Made by a program: the position numbers and the translations under genes. The notes beneath the pieces were generated by a model. It saw only the letters and a list, made by a program, of their open reading frames with translations, searched no databases and was not told where the DNA came from. Positions 51,251-64,000 of a stretch of 64,000 nucleotides of DNA are shown one piece after another. Within the stretch, counting starts at the first letter, position 1. Each line of letters starts with the position of its first letter. Where the stretch lies: assembly GCF_009914755.1 (NCBI RefSeq), contig NC_060928.1; one strand, 5' to 3'. This DNA comes from the human T2T-CHM13v2.0 reference genome, Homo sapiens.

Positions 51251-53054
51251 TTTAAAACCTATAAGTAAGACTATATATTGGTTTTATTAATATTACATAT
51301 ATATGAAAGAATTATGGACACAAAATGACAGGCTAAAAGGAATATGATTGAGAGATACACAAAGCCTTTGCTATAACTGTAATATTTTAACAGTAATTTT
51401 TATTCCTTAAAATGTACTTAAAGAAGACATGTATGTACCCCCTAAATATGTAGATCTATGATGCAGCAATACGAAATTAAGAAAAATAAAGAACATTTAA
51501 TAATCTTCAAATACAAGAACACGTGTCACATTTTAAATATTTTGAAGTAAGTGGTGTTATCTCTGTTCTCTGAAAGCAATGATACCATAGACAGCGGCAC
51601 GGCTGAGTGCTTCAGTGGGCTCTGGGGTGGAGACTGGGGGAGATACTCATATAGACTATGATGTGATTGAGGCCACCTGGAATTTTTCAGTGTGCTGATT
51701 CTATTTGTCCATTTCTGCATATCTGGAATGTTTTATTATTAAATACATTAACAAACAATCCAAGGTCCAGAGAAGTTAAGTAAGTCACCTATTATCACCC
51801 AGTCATAGGAATAGCTGTTCCTCAAATTCAAGCCTGAAAATACCCAAGGCTTGCAACCACAGGATGGATTAAAACATTGCAAGTATTTTAAATAACGTCA
51901 ACCCATATGTGGAACAATCATGTCGCTTTAACTGTGATCACAACTTTATTCAGTAGGGATAGTGTTACCATCCTCCTCAATTAAAAATCTAAAAGGCCCC
52001 TGATTCCTCTGGTCACCTTAAGATAATTAAAAAAGTCTTCTTGTCACTTTAGTCATTAAAAGTAATTCATTTCAGTAATTAGAATGCCTGCAATAATTAG
52101 AATGCCAGTAAAAACTCTGAACTTGATTTAATGTCAAAGTCTTCTCCCTTCCTTCCAGCTACCATGCAAAGTTGTGCAGAGGGAAGTGATATGTAATGGG
52201 ATAGGCCAGTTCTTGTACAGCTGTATGCCTTTGGGCTTTTGATTTCTGAAATGGTAAAAGCAGATCCTTTCTCTTGTAGGCTCTTTTGAGCTCTTTGGAG
52301 ATGGAGGTTCCTCTTTGGATTCCTCTCTTCTGTAGTTCCTTTGACCCAGGGGGATGACAGAGACCTGCTATAGCACTACGGCACTATCTATCCCCATCTT
52401 CTTTATGCTGAGCTATCCTCTAAAGCAGGCTTTTTGGATAGGACCCAAGAGGCTTTCTCTCCTGCATGTTCCAGGTACAGTACATCAAAAGACTCAAGCA
52501 ACTCTGGCTCGAGTATATTTGAGAAGACCATATGAATCCCAAAAGTACTCTTCTGGCTCCAATATCAAAGAAGTTAATCTCACCTTCTTGGTTCCCTCGT
52601 CATGACTGAAACCTTGGTCCTCATTCAGCTGTGTCTTCATCAGATATGGAGTGGGCACCAGTCCTCATGTGCAGGAAACGTATTTCAAAGTTTTGTGACT
52701 GTTCCACTGGAAGACCTTTGCCTGTGTTTGGGCAAGAAGATAGTCCCGACCCCTCCATTTCTAGGGAACGGAGCAGGGGATCATATCACTGTAATGGTTC
52801 TTTCCAAATAAACTCTCTGGGCCAATCCATTCAACTACATTCTATGACTCCATGTTATAGCCTTTATCTGACTGATGATTACCAAAGTAGGGAAACAGCT
52901 TTATCGGACCATGTTCTTTCTAAATCTACGTATGGGACAGGGAGCTGGCAAATTCTATTCTTTCTCAGTGAAGAGATATGAAAAGGCCAGGCTCTTCTTT
53001 TTTCGTTGGTGTCTAATTAATCTAACAGAGACTGTTAAGAATACAGAAAAAAAT

Positions 53055-53341
53055 GGCCAGGTGCTGTGGCTCATGCCTGTCATTCCAGCACTTTGGGAGG
53101 CCGAGGCAGGCTGATCACTTGAAGTCAGCAGTTCAAGACCAGCCTGGCCAACATGGTGAAATACCGTCTCTACTAAAAATACAAAAATTAGCCGAGTGTG
53201 GTGGCAGGCACCTGTAATCCCAGATACTCAGGAGGCTGAGGCAGGACAATCCCTTGAACCAGGGAGGCAGAGGTTGCAGTGAGGTGAGATGGCACCACTG
53301 CACTTCAGCCTGGGTGACAGAGCGAAACGCCGTCTCAAAAA

Positions 53342-53388
<47 letters not shown>

Positions 53389-53390
53389 AA
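53055..53390 (+). mobile_element. AluS with (AAAT)n microsatellite tail
   Basis: Full dimer; TSD aagaat(a/g)cagaaaaaa. Confidence 0.95.
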
Positions 53391-53619
53391 GAATGCAGAA
53401 AAAACAGGTTATAAAGTTTCTGTAACACTGGAACCAAATATTGCCCTTCTCAATTCTGGAATATTTCCAAGAGGGAATATCACTAGAGTTGTTTAACCCT
53501 ACAGAAGCACAATGGAAAATAAAATAATTAAAATATTTCAAAAAGTGATGTTTGCTTTAAAAAATGATCTATACTAAGAACTACCCTGATTTCTTTAAAG
53601 CTTATCAACTTATTTTAAA

Positions 53620-54510
53620 AATAAACACAGCACATGCATATGGTTGAAACCTAAACTATTGAGACTGGAAAAAATTAAGTTTTGTCCCTGTCCCAGTCCC
53701 TTTTCAAGAAGCTAAATTCTATAAAGAATTTTTGATATTTCTATTAAAATGCATATATCTAGTATGCATAAATAATATATATAACACTCATTTATTTTCA
53801 CAATTATGGTTGTACTAGATGCACCCTTTTTTGTAGTGTTTTATTCACTTAATAATATATTTTGGATATCTTCCATCACCAGTACAGGTAAATCCTCATT
53901 GCATCTGATAGCTTCATTCTAGGCACAGAAAGCATTTTATTTAACCAATTTTATATTGGTAATTACTTAGGTCATTTCCATTCTTTCACTGTTATTGAGT
54001 TGAAAAAGCATTCTTGTATATATATCTTGGAAGGCTGGAAAGAATACTCATGGGGGAAACTTCTAGCTTAGTCGCTGGGCCTATGACGACATGCAGGTTA
54101 ACTTTTGACTACTAGAAAGTCCACTGCTTTCCAAGTGGTTGCACCAGTTACATACCCACAGTGCTAGTTGAGAAGCTTTACCCAAATTCTCAAAAACAAG
54201 AAAGTTATTAAATTTCTTAATTTGGGCCCCTCTGCAGAAGAAAAATAACATATTTAATTTTCCTTCTCTATTTCTGTTGCCTATGTGAATTTGTTTATTG
54301 TACAATGAAAATCCATCTCCTTTGCATCTTTTTCAAATAGTTGTTAGCCTTAAAAAAATAGTCTATGAATGCCTTCTATAAACTGCTGAAATTAGCTTGT
54401 CTTGTCCACCATATGGGTTACAATTTTGTCTCAGTATATTGTAATTTTAAGGATGTTTTATATGCAAAAGCTTTTTAAAGTTTTTATGTAATTAAATTTA
54501 TCAACCCTTA
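53620..54510 (-). mobile_element. Old L1M(E) 3' fragment
   Basis: 'ttattcacttaataatatatttggatatcttcc', 'ctttccaagtggttgcaccagtttacatacccacag'. Confidence 0.65.
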
Positions 54511-54729
54511 GCAAAAACTATTATTTTAAGCTGAAATCTGAGGAGTTAGAATAAAATCATTTATAATCATTTTTCTCCTTTGTCTTTACTTTTTACATTT
54601 GCTTATGTTTGATAACACTTTGTAAATTTTAAACTTTTATTTGCTTAAGTGGCAGTGCCTATTTTAACTGAGAAAGTAGTTTAGTTTTCCAAGAAATACT
54701 AATATTAACTGTGTATAATAGAAATCTTT

Positions 54730-54900
54730 ACATATATAATCTCATATAATCCTCTTCATAACATGTAGTATCATTTTTATCCCTTTTAGCAGATGGAGAA
54801 ATTGAAGTTCAGAGACATGAAGCCATTGTCACAGATCTCATACTGAACACATAGGTCTAACTGACATCAATGCCCATCAATTTTTCCTGTGCCAAGATGC
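54730..54900 (-). mobile_element. MIR
   Basis: 'atcctcttcataac...tatcatttttatcccc...cagatggagaaattgaagttcagaga'. Confidence 0.65.
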
Positions 54901-56899
54901 CTCTCTGCTTAACTCAGGTTTGTTTGCATATAAAATATAATGGCACAGCTTTGAGTTTTGTTTTGTATATTTACCAGCCACCATTTTTTTTTACCAGAAA
55001 ATATTGTAGGGTAAAGATGTCCTACTCTATAAACACTATACTCTATACACATTAAGAAATGGGAAATGAGAAAATAAAGTGCTTGAACCCTAAGACCAAA
55101 TGTATTAATTCCAATTCCTAAAACACATGCCTGAATAATTCAAAATGATTTTGCAAAATAGATATTATCATATTACTGTATGGAAGAAATAAGTAACCAA
55201 TAAAAAGGGGGTTACTTTTGTAGACTCATGGTTTGAGAAGCTGTCATTTATTTTGGTCATTGTTTTAGATATATTATTCACTGTCTCTTCATTATTCTTT
55301 TCAATGTAAATTATATAGGGTAAAAAAGGCTGCCATTTATTCTACTCCCTACTGTTCAGAGAATGGGAAAGTGGAGCCCAAAATGTTCTCATATATTTTC
55401 ACAAGCATCTGTTAGTTACTCTGTGGAGCCATCTACTTTTTCCTAATATGTCACAAATAATAGTTGAAACTGTGGGTCAATGATTTTGGCCAAACTTGTT
55501 ATCCCAACTCCTAGAGTGAAGGAAGTATATGTCCTTGGGGAATAGAGTATCCTCAGTGATGTAAGTTTAAACTTTCAGTTTATGAAGGTCAATTGTGCAA
55601 TGAGAGAACTGTCTTTCTTCAAAGATAAATGTAACTTATCTATGTGTCCTATTTTTGTTGTGAGCAGAATACCAACTTGCAGTTGACCATAATCATGCCC
55701 CTTCTAGATTAAAATGTGGTCATCTCAGTTCTTGTCATTCCCTACCTCTAAAGTGATCTAAATTTTTAGGAACTTCTCTATGCCTTGGCAGCAATGAAGG
55801 TGTTTCTGTCCCATGTCACCTCATCTATTCTTAGTGGCCACAAGCCTAGAGCAGCTGAGCTCACCAAGGATACTGCTTCTGCCTGATTGTGGCCATTGTC
55901 ATTCACTGACATCTGCTATAGTTGGATGACAGGATGTGTCAGTGTGAGGATGTGTGCTGTGATCCCCATGGCCTCCTGTTACAAGGACCATGTACTCAGC
56001 ATCTTTTTCACTAGGACCACAGACCTTTGCGTATCTGTTGGGCTCACACAGCATTTCTGCAGGGCCTGAGTAACACTTGGCTATGCTTGTTACCACACAG
56101 TCCTTAAGGAAACTTTGTGAGTCAGCCCCCTCTGTCTAAAGACTTAACCTCACTGCTAACCTACCATCAGGCATCATCATGATTACAGGGCTTGCCACAG
56201 AGCCTTTTGCTTTGGAGCTCACAAAATTACTGTGGGTTCCATTACCTTTTTATGGTTTCCACTAATAAAGGTCTGGGACAGTGGTGACAGGAGGGTGCTT
56301 GCCAAAAAGATGCTACTCAAGAAACCAACATTTAAAATCTCATCATGTCCCTCCATGTCGCCTCTTCTTCCCATAACCCTGCTGAATTTATGTCTCTTAG
56401 AGCAGAAAGAACTTCCCTGAGAACCCTGCAGTCTTCCCTATTTTGTCATTTATAGTCTAAACTTAAGGCTCTTATTCCCCCAGGCTTTAGTTCTCTATCT
56501 TTAAAGAGATTTCAAAGACTCTTTTCTCTTACGCTGTCATCATAAGCTTTCAATGACTTATTTTGGAATATAAAGAAAAGACTTCACTTCTTTTTTCCAT
56601 ATGTCCACATTCCTCCCAAAGACATAATTACAGAAATTTCTCTGATGACAATGAGAGATATGGAGAAAGGCCCTGGGTCAGGGAATTAGAGAGGTGGGTG
56701 GTCTTAGGGATGATGGAATGACAGTTCAGTATCTCAAACTGTTTTACCTTTACACTAGTAAAAAGTGAAAGGCAGTAGTGAAGTTACAGCAAATCATCAG
56801 GAGGGAAAGGGGGCTTAATCTGAAGAGGAATTAAACACATCCTCTTTTCTTTCCTTATAACAATGGTTGTCTTGTGATGGATAACCTCCAGGTTACCAC

Positions 56900-57810
56900 A
56901 TGGAAACTTAACATGTCATGGTACAGCTGATTATTCCCTCTTTCTGGAAACACTCCCTTCATTTAGCTCCTGGGACACCACACCCTCATTCTCCTAATAC
57001 CTCTCTGCTGCTGCTTCTCAGGCTTCTTTGCTCCTTCATCCTTTAAACTTAAGATATCCTCAGCTCCATCCGTGCAACCTTTCTCTTTGGTATCAACCAA
57101 AGTGATCTCATGTAGACTTTAAATAATATTAACATGCTACTCACTATCAATTGTGAATTTCTAATTTTGGGGATTTGGGGATATGCTTATTCTCTGTGTG
57201 TACAGATGCACAAATATCTTAGACATCTTAAACTTAAAATGTCCAAAACAACCTCACCTTCCCCTAAATGAATTCCCAAAACTGTCTCCCCATCTCAGTA
57301 ATGGCAACTCTATTCTTCCTATTATTATACTTTAGACCATTTTTTTCTCACATGCCAAATCCAATCCAGTAGTAAATTCTGTCAGTTCTACCCTCAAAAT
57401 TTCTTCAGAATTTGATCAATTGTTACTACCTTCACCAATACCATTTTTGTCCCAGCGACTATTATTCCATCTAAATTCCATCTAAGTTCCTAAATTCCAT
57501 CTCACCTTGTCTTCCCTCCAGCCTATTTTGTATATGATTTCCAGGAAAAGCCTCTTAATGCATAAGAAGAAAATTTTACTTTGTCTTCAAAACCATCTGC
57601 CTGTTTTCTTCAAGAAAAAAAGGATAAAGTCCTTACAAAGATCAAATTAGGTTCATATACCCAAGTTTCTGGTTACCTTCTCAACTCATTTCTAAACATT
57701 TTTCTATTCATTAATTAACCTCCAGACACACTGGACTCCTTGCTGCTCCTTGAATATTCTACTGACCCAAGGCTTTTGTACTCACTGTTCCACAGCCTTG
57801 AGCAATCTTC
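56900..57810 (+). mobile_element. L2 LINE fragment
   Basis: 'cagctgattattccctctttctggaaacactc', 'catcttaaacttaaaatgtccaaaac', 'cccatctcagtaatggcaactc', 'ctccagacacactggactccttgctgctccttgaa'. Confidence 0.8.
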
Positions 57811-59440
57811 TTGTGGGTTAACTAGAAAACAGAGCCCACCAGAATATTTTACAACCAAATATTTCTTGGTTGTTGCTATTTCAAGAAAGCAAGAGTATGG
57901 GAAAAAGAGAATTAGGTCAAGGAAGGATGAAATACAAATACAATGTGATGTGTGACTGAACTGGTGACAGATTTGCTGAAAAATGCAGCTGACTGCTCTT
58001 CTGTGCAATATGTCTTAGAAGAGGTCATATGGATACATTGCATTTTAAGGCAGTCTGTCAGAGGAAAGACGGAAAAGAATTTAGTTGATAGCTCCTTTAT
58101 GTCTCTCATTATTGAAATTTCAACCCATAGAAATGCAACGCCCTTACATTTCCTAAGTTCATTCATTCCACTGAACAGAAAATCATGGCTAAACAATTTG
58201 GGTCAATACCTGCATTGAATCTTGTATTGCCACCCATGATACACATACATTCTCTTACATTTTATTCTAAGATTCCCTGAATTCTTCTACCTAAAGAGGA
58301 AATACAAGTCAATAAAAATGAGGCAACTACAATTCCTGGGACAACAGCTACTCCTGGGGCCACAATTAATCTTTGTCTACCTCCTCCAACTTCTTATTCC
58401 AAATTCCCCTGATTTTCATCCAGAAATGTGTGTATGGTCTAATTTGCATGCCTGACAAGTTTTCAAAAAATCTGCAGGGTCATAACTCTTATGGAAAATG
58501 AATGCCTCAAAAGATACCTTGAAAAATCCCTTGAGGTTTGAACATATTCCTGCATGCCCCATTGTGTAACAGAAATACTAGCTCCTAGAGGTATGTTTGC
58601 TGCAAGCTAATTAATCTTAGGATCCAATGCCTTTAACTTACAAGGGCCTCCTCTAAAGCCCTCTACTTAATTTCTTATTAGTAATTTTTATTTTCTTTTT
58701 ATGAAGAGTCTCTTCCCTCATTTTGTAGGCTTCAGGCTCAATAAAATCTGGCTATGTCAGGGTCAATTACTCAAAGTACAGTAATTCCCTTTTTACCTGT
58801 TAATCCACTGGTTTAAGACATCTAAATGCATAGTAGCAGCTGCTTTCAGGTTAGTGTAATACATATTATATCTCCTGATAGATGTGTTACCCCAAAAGAA
58901 ATGACTTCTAACCTGACAAAGCTTAAAGTTGCAGAATCATCAACCGTAAGTTCATGACTGGCCACTAGGAATGATGTGAAAGGAACCAATCCTACTTCCA
59001 GGCTTTGGTTCTTGGATTGATGTATGGCAGTTCTTAAGACACAGCACCATAGATGGCTAATTGGGTTAATGAAGATATTAAACCCTGAAGGATACACTAT
59101 TAAACCTAATGTAGCACCATAGGTGAGCTTTTAACAGTCTGGTTCTATTCTACTAGGTGAGCTGCCTCTGGGTTATATGGTACAAAATAGAAGACTGTGA
59201 ATACTTTTAAAAAAATATTATTACATCTCCCATGCCATTACACTGGTCATGTGTCTGAACTAATATTGAATGGAATGCCAGGTCAGGAGAAAAGTCCTCT
59301 GTATATCCTCAGATAATGCTGCATGCAGAATCATTATGACCCAGACACAGCCATGAAGGGCAATGGTGGTGTTCAATGATTCTCTCTAACAAAGATGAAA
59401 ACCTCATATCTGTTTTGTATAAAAATGTGGTTGATACCAT

Positions 59441-59885
59441 TGTCAACCAAAATAAAAAAAGGAGGTTAAAATTAATATAAGTAGAATTTATTTGAACCAA
59501 ATATGAGGACTATAGTGCTGAACACATAGATTCAAATTGCTCTAAATATATGCTCTATTAGCAGCAGTTACAAGTGGGTTTTTAAAGAATAAAAGAGAGG
59601 AGGCTGTTTCTAAATTATTTACTATGAATTACTATTAAAATAATAGAAGATATTGATTGGCTATACATTGTTGTTTGTAACACAAATTCTGGGAACATGA
59701 ACATAATGGATGAGGCAGCTAATCAGAAAACTATAGGGAAGAAAAAGAACAAAATGTCTTTATGCAATTGCCCCAGGCATGAGCAGGTATTGGAGGCATG
59801 ACTGAATGCTCAAGTCTCTCTAGGCCTGATACATTTTGCATACTTCACACAGTACAGACTGCTCTGAGCTATTTTTCTTTCCCCA
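59441..59885 (-). mobile_element. Solo ERV1 LTR, MER65-like
   Basis: TG...CA termini; the reverse complement starts 'tggggaaagaaaaatagctcagagcagtctg...gtatgcaaaatgtatcaggcc'. Confidence 0.7.
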
Positions 59886-60029
59886 CTAGGCAATCTTTCT
59901 CGAGGGTTATCAGATGCTTTACGCAGAAAACTATGGCAGAGTAAATTTGGGGAAGTGCATAAACATGTCTTGTCTCCTCACTTCTTTCAGGTCTTGAAAC
60001 TACCTTCATAACTTGAATGAAAAGTCACA

Positions 60030-60900
<871 letters not shown>

Positions 60901-60904
60901 AGTG

Positions 60905-61520
60905 TCTTCTCAAATATGAATGCTACTAAGCCTTCACTTACCCCTTTATGTAAAGTAACACCATCTCTGTGACATTTCTTCATATCCAACTTATTCTTCA
61001 TTAGTTTTCTTTGAAACACACATCATCTAACACGACATATTTACATACTCATTTTATTTATTTATTTGTTTTTTTGGCTTTTTTTTTTTGAGACAGGGTC
61101 TCCCTCAGTCACCCATGCTGAGTGCAATGGCATGATCACAGCTTGCTGCAGCCTCAAGCTCTCTGGGCTCAGGTGGTCCTCCCACCTCAGCCTCTCAAGT
61201 AGCTGGGACTATAGGCTCATGCCACTACACCCAGCTAATTTTTCTAATTTTTTTGTAGATACAAGGTTTTGCCACATTGTGCAGGCTGGACTCAAACTCC
61301 TGGGCTCAAGAAATCCATCACCCTTGGCCTCCCAAAGTATTGGGATTAAAGTTACGAACCACTGTACCCAGCCTACATACTCATTTTAAATGCCATATTA
61401 CCACTCTAAAATGTAAGCTTCATGAAGTCATGTATTTGTTGTTAACTCAGTACCTGAAACAAGGTACATATTTGGTTGTCAATATACATTTCAAAAAATA
61501 TATAAATACATGCATTTGAG
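60905..61520 (+). mobile_element. L2 3' end fragment (split by AluJ)
   Basis: 'ccactctaaaatgtaagcttcatgaag...cagtacctgaaacaaggtacata...gtcaatatacattt'. Confidence 0.65.
61052..61373 (-). mobile_element. AluJ
   Basis: 'gagacagggtctc...gatcacagcttgctgcagcctc...tcctcccacctcagcc'; TSD tacatactcatttta. Confidence 0.92.
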
Positions 61521-61780
61521 GAGTAGACTTTAGAGTCATTGAGGTCTTCATAAATAATAATGTATCATTCAGAAATGGCAGAGCTGATTAGGAAGGCACT
61601 GTTGGGAACACAGGTGATCATCAGAAGGATTTGCAACAGAGAAGAAGGCCTGAAACACAGGCACTCCCTGTTCTTCAGTCATAGTCAGTGGATTAGATTT
61701 GGGAAGTAGGTTAAAGGATTGAAATTTCCTTTTAAGTGAAAATTTAAATGAAAATAAAAATGTTAAAAATGTGTAATCTC

Positions 61781-62081
<301 letters not shown>

Positions 62082-63765
62082 CTAATTTTTGGAGAAGAGA
62101 TATGTAGAATTACTTTTAAAGAGATTTATTGATTCCTGAACCAGCAAGATTTAATCATACAACATTAACATTTTAAGGAACAAATATTTCAATCAAAAGA
62201 AAAGGTAAGTTTAGTTAGCCAAAGAAATGATATATAGATTTGAGAATTACAGTGTGATAACTTGTCAGTGCTTATATAAACATTATCCATGGGATGAGGT
62301 TTGCTGATTCAACAACAGAAAAACCTTAGTACCAGTGACATCTGTAAAATGTTAATACTGACAGGAATGGACATTTCCGCCTATCTTAGCCCAATACATT
62401 AAATATTCAAATCACGTAACTGTTATAAATCCATGTCACTCATGCAGTTTTTTTTTTAGTAAAATAAAGCTTCTTTCATGGCTTCCTTTTATAAAGATAA
62501 GATGCAAGGGGTCTTTTTGGAACATTTATGCATAATAATATTGATTTATTTTCATTTGAAAGAGTTTTTTCTTTTTCAAAAAAAAAGACTCAATATGAAT
62601 GCTACCCAAATTCTATAAAGTAAGAAATGTTTTAATTTTAAAACAGTAGGAAGGACATAAACACAGAATAACTCATCTAAATTTAGTACACTTAGCTTTA
62701 TGAAAATTCACTATATAATTGCACTCATTTTTCCCTATTTTGGAACAGACGCATACATTTATTTTCAAAAATTGGCACCTGATACCTGCCATTGTTTAAG
62801 AACAAGGTTGAATGACACTCCTGTATAATCTCACAGGGTCGCGACTCATAGCACTCCTCGCACTGTATTATAATGACCTGTTCACCTGTGTACTGGATTT
62901 GCATTAATTTAGAATCATAGTCAGAGGACATTGTGTTTTTATTTTTGTAAATGATAAAATCTCATGTTGACCTTTAACAGGGTGAGTTGTCAGAGAAAAC
63001 TTCTTCTAAATGATTTTGGTAGGAACATTTTTATTCTTAGGGATGTAAGATGATTCCAAATGGCATGATTTCAGAAAATGTGGGCATATGACCTTTGATC
63101 TTTAAAGTGACCATTTCTGAGCTGCTCATTACTCATCATCCCATGCCTACTAACCCCACCACTATTTAAATGTGTGTTTGCCTTTAGGCTACTAGAACAG
63201 TGCTACTGGCCTTTTCTCAAGCTCCCAAGACAGAATATCTACTTGTTTCACAGGCACATGCCATCAAATGCCTCAAAAACCCTTTTGGATTTGTGCAGGA
63301 GTGAGGCACAGGTTGCTGCCACTAGTGGAAGTCTGTCACCGATTCCATTGTCTATTCTGGATACGTCATTTCTAATCCCTCCAACTCCCTCATTCCATCA
63401 TCAGCAACCCAGCCTCATTTCCTGAATGAGTTATTCCATGTGATTAGAAGTCTTGATAGTTCTCCTCAGTAGAAAAATGAAGATAATAATTCCTTGGACT
63501 CACATTTGAGTTTCATTATGCTCGTAATGGTGGGAAGGTTGCAGTAGAAAAGGATTTGAGAAAACAATTCTCATAATTTCATTTTTTTTCTGAGTGTCCT
63601 ACAGGAGTGAAAGAAAGCCAGAAATTATTCTTTGATTAAATCACTTTTCTATATTTGTCTATCTCCCAATTATACCACAAGCTCTTTGGTCCACGGACAT
63701 TTTGCCCTTTACCAGTTTTTAAAGGCCTACTTAGAAATTGGAACATAGAAAATGCTCAAAAAAAT

Positions 63766-63852
63766 CACATGAACCCAGGAGGCAGAGGTTGCAGTGAGCC
63801 GAGATCACCCCACTGCACTCCAGCCTGGGCGACAGAGCGAGACTTTATCTCA

Positions 63853-63885
<33 letters not shown>

Positions 63886-63891
63886 AAGAAA
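63766..63891 (+). mobile_element. Severely 5'-truncated Alu in an L2 3' end
   Basis: 'tgaacccaggaggcagaggttgcagtgagccgag...' plus A tail; TSD agaaaatgctcaaaaaa; L2 terminal (AATG)n follows at about 63917. Confidence 0.9.
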
Positions 63892-64000
63892 AGAAAATGC
63901 TCAAAAAATATTTGCTCAATGAATGAATGAACTCGTGAAACAGTGTTAGCTTTAAAGTCAGTGCCACTTAATATCAGCAGAGTATACGGATTTCCTATGG

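Overview
AT-rich, CpG-poor primate genomic DNA (probably human: young AluY/Ya-lineage and L1PA copies are present), either intergenic or deep intronic. I can support no intact protein-coding gene, RNA gene, CpG island or CRISPR array. Nearly all ORFs in the track are Alu-, L1-, LTR- or Tigger-derived, or chance ORFs. The one gene-derived feature is an old, full-length processed pseudogene of PSIP1 (LEDGF/p75 isoform; PWWP through the integrase-binding domain plus 3' UTR, about 3191-7865). A near full-length Tigger1 splits it inside the IBD, and the Tigger1 itself carries an AluS. The rest is interspersed repeats: about 22 Alus, L1PA/L1MA/L1M fragments, L2, MIR, solo ERV1 LTRs (two MER50-like, MER4-like, MER65-like, LTR8-like), MaLR LTRs and a decayed ERVL provirus at about 47-51 kb. 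Points worth a second look are two roughly 120-bp locally templated insertions inside that ERVL, an L1 with twin-priming inversion, an L1PA 3' end preceded by its own terminus, a very young AluYa-type insertion, an AluYd-type element and an isolated C2H2 zinc-finger relic. I found no convincing novel biological system. Repeat subfamily names come from recalled consensus sequences and need RepeatMasker/Dfam confirmation.
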